Below, in pieces: positions 58,544 through 64,000 of a stretch of 64,000 bases of DNA. Source of the DNA: Rhizobium sp. Q54. GTDB lineage: Bacteria > Pseudomonadota > Alphaproteobacteria > UBA2966 > CAIVPW01. Made by a program: the position numbers and the translations under genes. The stretch's first letter is position 1; each line of letters begins with the position of its first letter. The DNA is taken from the NCBI GenBank assembly GCA_945904955.1, contig CAMDPO010000007.1, positions 11,839-75,838 of the forward strand, given 5' to 3'. The notes below the pieces were generated by a model. The model searched no databases. It saw only the letters and a list, made by a program, of their open reading frames with translations, and was not told the DNA's origin.

Positions 58544-59032
58544 TCAACCCGAGCCACCGCGTCCTTTCGCGCCCCCTGGCGCGCCGTCACCAAGGTCGTC
58601 TGCGAGGCGCGCGATGCCGCCGCGGATCAGCCGGCCATAGCCGTCGTCGGCAAGCACGAGGCTCGCGGCTTGCGCTTGCGCCACCGTCGCGCGCGCCATG
58701 GCGACGTCGCCCACCCGGCGATAGCTCGCCGCCACGTTGAGCAGCAGCGACGGACGGAAGCCGGCCACCGAGAGCGTGGGCTGCCACATGTGCAGCCGCG
58801 CGTCGCTGAGGTCCGCCGCCGCCTCCAGAGCGCGCCGGTCCCAGGACAACTCCTGCGCCGGATCGGGCTGCGCATCGGCCAGGAAGTGCGCGAGCAGGCA
58901 CCGGTGCAAGCCATCGCCGCGCGCGGCGTCGGGCCACAAGGCCGCCATGCGGTCGCGCCCGTCGGCAGCACCGGCCTGCCAGGCGGCGATGGCCGCCAGG
59001 ATGCGATCAAGGAGCGGATCGGCCAGCTGCAT
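58544..59032 (-). CDS. Hypothetical helical (TPR-like) protein
   Basis: AHFLADAQ.DP..EL.WD.RAL and PSLLLNVA..YR..GD. Confidence 0.6.
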   Translation of the reverse strand: MQLADPLLDRILAAIAAWQAGAADGRDRMAALWPDAARGDGLHRCLLAHFLADAQPDPAQELSWDRRALEAAADLSDARLHMWQPTLSVAGFRPSLLLNVAASYRRVGDVAMARATVAQAQAASLVLADDGYGRLIRGGIARLADDLGDGAPGGAKGRGGSG

Positions 59033-59121
59033 TTAGCCAGCCTCCCATCCTTGTGCGCTCCGGCCCAGGCCTTTACATAAGTGCGGAGCGTCCGCGCCTG
59101 GGCGCGCTGGGGGAGGCGTCC

Positions 59122-59406
59122 ATGGGTGCGGTCTTCTGGCTGGTCGACACGGTCCTGACGCTCTTCATCTGGGCGTTGATCATCAGCGCCATCATGAGCT
59201 GGCTGGTGGCCTTCGGTGTGCTCAACATGCACAACCGCATCGTCTACATGGTCGGCGACTTCTTCCACCGCATTACCGAGCCGGCGCTGGCGCCGATCCG
59301 GCGCATCCTGCCCAACCTGGGCGGCGTCGACATCTCGCCCGTGGTGCTGATTCTGCTGCTCGTCTTCGCGCGCCGCCTGCTGGGTGAGTTCTTCGTCGCC
59401 ATGTAG
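59122..59406 (+). CDS. yggT: YggT family membrane protein
   Basis: ITEPALAPIRRILP.LGGVDISP. Confidence 0.9.
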   Translation: MGAVFWLVDTVLTLFIWALIISAIMSWLVAFGVLNMHNRIVYMVGDFFHRITEPALAPIRRILPNLGGVDISPVVLILLLVFARRLLGEFFVAM

Positions 59407-59424
59407 CGGCGCGGGGCCGGCGGC

Positions 59425-59736
59425 GTGACGGGCCCCTTCTCTGCCACCAAGGACGGCGTGCTGGTCGCGGTGCACGTGCAGCCGCGCGCCAGCAGGCCCG
59501 GACTCGGACCGGTTGTTGCCGACGCGAGCGGCGGCGCAGTCCTCAAGGCACGCGTCGGCGCGGCGCCGACCGACGGCCAGGCCAACGCGGCGCTGTGCGA
59601 GCTGATCGCCAAGGAGCTTGGCGTGCCCAAGTCGCGGGTGCGCATCGAGCGCGGCGAGACCTCGCGCCACAAGCAGGTTCATGTTGCGGGTGCGCCCGAA
59701 GCGCTGCTCGCCAAACTCGCGGCGCTTGCCGGCTGA
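59425..59736 (+). CDS. DUF167 (YggU) family protein
   Basis: [19 protein letters not shown] and GETSRHK. Confidence 0.88.
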   Translation: MTGPFSATKDGVLVAVHVQPRASRPGLGPVVADASGGAVLKARVGAAPTDGQANAALCELIAKELGVPKSRVRIERGETSRHKQVHVAGAPEALLAKLAALAG

Positions 59737-59760
59737 GGGAGGGAGCGAATATACAAACCC

Positions 59761-59836
59761 TACCTGCGCGACTGGCGAGACTGGATGGAATGACCATCGG
59801 GGAGCGCAGGTAAACCACCCGCCGATCGCCTGGGCG
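59761..59836 (+). ncRNA. ZMP/ZTP riboswitch (pfl motif)
   Basis: CCTGCGCGACTGGCGA..GATGG-loop-CCATCGGGGAGCGCAGG, linker, then GCCGATCGCCTGGGC; directly upstream of folD. Confidence 0.9.
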
Positions 59837-59881
59837 CCGAGACCAAGTCTCGGACGGACACCTTCCCTAAGGGAGTCGCCC

Positions 59882-60748
59882 ATGGCGGACGCACGCATCC
59901 TCGACGGCAAGGCACTGGCGGCGAGCCTCCGCGCGACGCTCGCGGCCCAAGTCGCCGACCTCAAAGCCAAGCACGGCATCACGCCCGGCATCGCGGTGTT
60001 GCTGGTCGGAGAGGACCCGGCGAGCCAGGTCTACGTGCGCAGCAAGGGCAAGGCCGCGGCCGAGGTCGGCTTCTATCCGCGCGAGGTGAAGCTGCCCGCC
60101 AGCGCCAGCCAGGCCGAGGTGCTTGCCGCAGTCGACGAGTTCAACAACGAGTCCGCCATCCATGGGTTTCTCGTGCAGCTGCCGCTCCCCACCCAGGTGG
60201 ATCCGCAGCGCGTCATCGACGCGGTCGACCCAGCCAAGGACGCCGACGGCTTCCACGTCGTCAACACCGGCCTGGTCGCCATGGGCCGCGGCGGCGTGGT
60301 GCCGGCGACGCCGCTCGGCTGCATGGCGCTGATCAAGCACGCGCGCGCCGACATCGCCGGACTCGAAGCGGTCGTCATCGGCCGCTCCAACACCGTCGGC
60401 AAGCCGACCGCGCAGCTCCTGCTGCGCGAGAACTGCACCGTGACGGTCGCCCACTCGCGCTCGAAGGACTTGGCCGCCATCGTGCGCCGCGCCGATATCG
60501 TCGTCGCCGCGGTCGGCAAGGCCGAGATGGTGCGCGGCAGCTGGATCAAGCCCGGCGCCATCGTCATCGACGTCGGCATCAACCGCGTCGCCGACGGCAA
60601 GCTGGTGGGCGACGTCGCGTTTGACGAAGCAGTCAAGGTTGCCGGCGCGATCACGCCGGTGCCGGGCGGCGTCGGTCCGATGACCATCGCCTGCCTGCTG
60701 CAGAACACGTTCGTGCTCTGCTGCAAGGCGCACGGCGTTTCCCTTTAG
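59882..60748 (+). CDS. folD: Methylenetetrahydrofolate dehydrogenase/cyclohydrolase
   Basis: [30 protein letters not shown] and [11 protein letters not shown]. Confidence 0.96.
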   Translation: MADARILDGKALAASLRATLAAQVADLKAKHGITPGIAVLLVGEDPASQVYVRSKGKAAAEVGFYPREVKLPASASQAEVLAAVDEFNNESAIHGFLVQLPLPTQVDPQRVIDAVDPAKDADGFHVVNTGLVAMGRGGVVPATPLGCMALIKHARADIAGLEAVVIGRSNTVGKPTAQLLLRENCTVTVAHSRSKDLAAIVRRADIVVAAVGKAEMVRGSWIKPGAIVIDVGINRVADGKLVGDVAFDEAVKVAGAITPVPGGVGPMTIACLLQNTFVLCCKAHGVSL

Positions 60749-60766
60749 TCGCGCCGGGAGTGGTGA

Positions 60767-61993
<1,227 letters not shown>

Positions 61994-62016
61994 AGGGACT
62001 CCGGAGACTGCGAGGG

Positions 62017-63156
62017 TTAGGCGGTGGCTTCGGTGCTGCGCGCCTTCTTGGCGCGCAAGCTATCGGATTTCAGCTGGCCGCAGGCGGCGAGGATGTCGCG
62101 GCCGCGCGGGGTGCGGATGGGCGAGGAGTAGCCGGCGCGGTTCACCACTTCGACGAACTTGGCGATCGAGTCGGCGTCCGAGCACTCGTAGGGGCTGCCG
62201 GGCCACGGATTGAAGGGGATCAGGTTCACCTTGGCGGGGATGCCGGCGATGAGCTGGACCAGCTCCTTGGCGTCTTGCACCGAGTCGTTGATGCCCTTGA
62301 GCATGACGTATTCGAACGTGATGCGGCGCGAGTTGGCGCTGCCCGGATAGTTGCGGCACGCGTCCATCAGCGCGGCGATCGGATACTTCTTGTTGAGGGG
62401 CACGATCTCGTCGCGCACTTCGTCGCGCGTCGCGTGCAGGGAGATGGCGAGCGCCGCGCCGGTCTCGTCACCGAGCTTGCCGATCATCGGCACGACGCCG
62501 GCCGTGGACACCGTGATGCGGCGGCGCGAGATGGCGATGCCCTCGTTGTCCATCATCAGGTGCAGGGCGGCGACGACGTTGTCGTAGTTGTAGAGGGGCT
62601 CGCCCATGCCCATCAGGACGATGTTGGTGATCATGCGGCCCTCGGGCTCGGAGGGCCATTCGTTGAGCTCATCGCGCGCCAGCATGACCTGGCCGATGAT
62701 CTCGGCGGGCGTCAGGTTGCGCACCCACGGCTGCGTGCCGGTGTGGCAGAAGCGGCAGGTGAGCGTGCAGCCGACCTGGGACGAGACGCACAGCGTGGCG
62801 CGGTCGTCGTCGGGGATGTAGACGGTTTCGATCAGCGCGCCGTCGGCGAGACGCACCAGCCATTTGCGCGTGCCGTCCTCGGAGACTTGGGCGCGCGCGA
62901 TGTCCTCGCGGCCGATGCCGTAGATGTCTGCGAGACGACCGCGCGTCTCCTTGCTGATCGTCGTCATGTCGTCGTAGGAGCGCGCGCCGCGGAAATAGAG
63001 CCAGTGAAACAACTGGCTGGCGCGCATCTTGCCCTTGGACGGCAGTTCGCCGGCGGCGATCGCGGCCGCGGCCAGGGCAGGCCGGTCCATGCCGACGAGG
63101 CGCGGCTTCTGCGGAATGCGCAGGGCCTCGGGAACGATGGTGCTGGCGACGTTCAT
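62017..63156 (-). CDS. rlmN: 23S rRNA m2A2503 / tRNA methyltransferase RlmN
   Basis: [21 protein letters not shown] and DILAACGQL. Confidence 0.96.
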   Translation of the reverse strand: MNVASTIVPEALRIPQKPRLVGMDRPALAAAAIAAGELPSKGKMRASQLFHWLYFRGARSYDDMTTISKETRGRLADIYGIGREDIARAQVSEDGTRKWLVRLADGALIETVYIPDDDRATLCVSSQVGCTLTCRFCHTGTQPWVRNLTPAEIIGQVMLARDELNEWPSEPEGRMITNIVLMGMGEPLYNYDNVVAALHLMMDNEGIAISRRRITVSTAGVVPMIGKLGDETGAALAISLHATRDEVRDEIVPLNKKYPIAALMDACRNYPGSANSRRITFEYVMLKGINDSVQDAKELVQLIAGIPAKVNLIPFNPWPGSPYECSDADSIAKFVEVVNRAGYSSPIRTPRGRDILAACGQLKSDSLRAKKARSTEATA

Positions 63157-63163
63157 CGGCCGT

Positions 63164-63667
63164 TCAGCGCGGGCAGGCGCGATCCATCGCGCCGTGGGCG
63201 GCGGTGAAGCCGGCGAGCGAATAGGTGTCGGTCGTCTCGGTGCCGCGGTTGGACTTGCCCTTCACCGTCATGCGCGTGCCGGCCGCCATGGCGCGCGCCA
63301 TCTTGGCGTCGTCGTCCTTGGTGTAGGTCCACGCGGTGTCTTCTTTGGTAAACAGCTTGAACTCGGTGGCGTCGACGGTGACGACGACGACGTTGTTCGC
63401 CTCGAACGCGTAGCCGCCGGTGATGCTGACCTCGTCGCGACTGCCCGGCTTGTGCGCAACGTTGACGTAGACGTCGCCGCGATTGACGTTGCGCGGTTGG
63501 CGGTCGAGGGGCGTCGACGCGATGTAGCAGACGCGGTTGCGGCCATCCATGTACTGCCACGCCGTCCAGTCGTTGAAGGTGCCGACGAGAGTCGGCTCCT
63601 GCCCCGCAGCGGGACCGGCGAGCGCCAGGAAGATCGGCGCACCGAGCAAAATGTTCTTTGAAAACAT
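63164..63667 (-). CDS. Invasion-associated locus B (IalB) family secreted protein
   Basis: F.DW......CY..S.P and [17 protein letters not shown]...C. Confidence 0.82.
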   Translation of the reverse strand: MFSKNILLGAPIFLALAGPAAGQEPTLVGTFNDWTAWQYMDGRNRVCYIASTPLDRQPRNVNRGDVYVNVAHKPGSRDEVSITGGYAFEANNVVVVTVDATEFKLFTKEDTAWTYTKDDDAKMARAMAAGTRMTVKGKSNRGTETTDTYSLAGFTAAHGAMDRACPR

Positions 63668-63683
63668 CGGCACGAAAGACCCG

Positions 63684-63998
63684 TTATCTGCAGGAGATGC
63701 CAAGAGCATTGTGGGCCGCTGTGAAGCCGGTGAGCGAATAGGTGTCGGTGCTTTGGGTGCCGCGGCCGGATGCGGCGCGCACCACCATCCGCGTACCGGA
63801 GATCATCGCGCGCACCATGGTCTGGTCCTGGGCGGGCGCCGGGCTGACAGCGCCCGCGCCGGCGCCACCGCCGGCCGGCCGCATGCGAAACTCCGTGTTG
63901 TCGATGATCACCACCGCGTTTCCTTCTGCCTCGACCGTGTAGCCCGGGAGCACGCTCACGGCCTCCCGTACCTCGCTCTCACGGGTGACGCGCACCGA
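63684..63998 (-). CDS. IalB family protein, 3' part (5' end beyond the window)
   Basis: RAM.SG.RMVV...SGRGTQSTDTYSLTGFTAAH.AL..C, paralogous to the downstream gene. Confidence 0.72.
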   Translation of the reverse strand, partial: SVRVTRESEVREAVSVLPGYTVEAEGNAVVIIDNTEFRMRPAGGGAGAGAVSPAPAQDQTMVRAMISGTRMVVRAASGRGTQSTDTYSLTGFTAAHNALGISCR

Positions 63999-64000
63999 AG

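Overview
High-GC chromosomal window, most consistent with a Rhodospirillales-like alphaproteobacterium (inferred from gene content and the helicase-S4-fdxA-carD-rpoH2 synteny). About 69 CDS, two tRNAs (Arg-CCT, Ala-CGC), a ZMP/ZTP riboswitch before folD, two sigma-54 promoters, several intrinsic terminators and one palindromic repeat element. No CRISPR array, integrase or transposase is visible. The flanks are mostly housekeeping (cobT, rpmB, carD, rpoH2, kefF/kefC, a urea/amide-type ABC system, mtnBDC, mscL, folD, argG, rlmN). The notable part is a ~23 kb cluster (27.2-50.6 kb) that resembles the accessory machinery of PQQ/lanthanide-dependent dehydrogenases but has no such dehydrogenase in it. 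It holds a PedA1A2BC/LutABEF-like ABC system, a PqqT-like ABC system, a LanD-like lipoprotein, two Cys-less cupredoxin-like proteins under sigma-54 control, a NosR-like flavinylation target plus ApbE, two c-type cytochromes and a DUF1800/DUF1501 pair. It also holds a MotA/ExbB-like three-gene motor module whose putative B subunit joins an ExbD-like Asp-containing TM helix to an acidic YfaP/DUF2135-like domain, with two further paralogues at the other end of the cluster. All family assignments come from motif recognition by eye; no searches were run.
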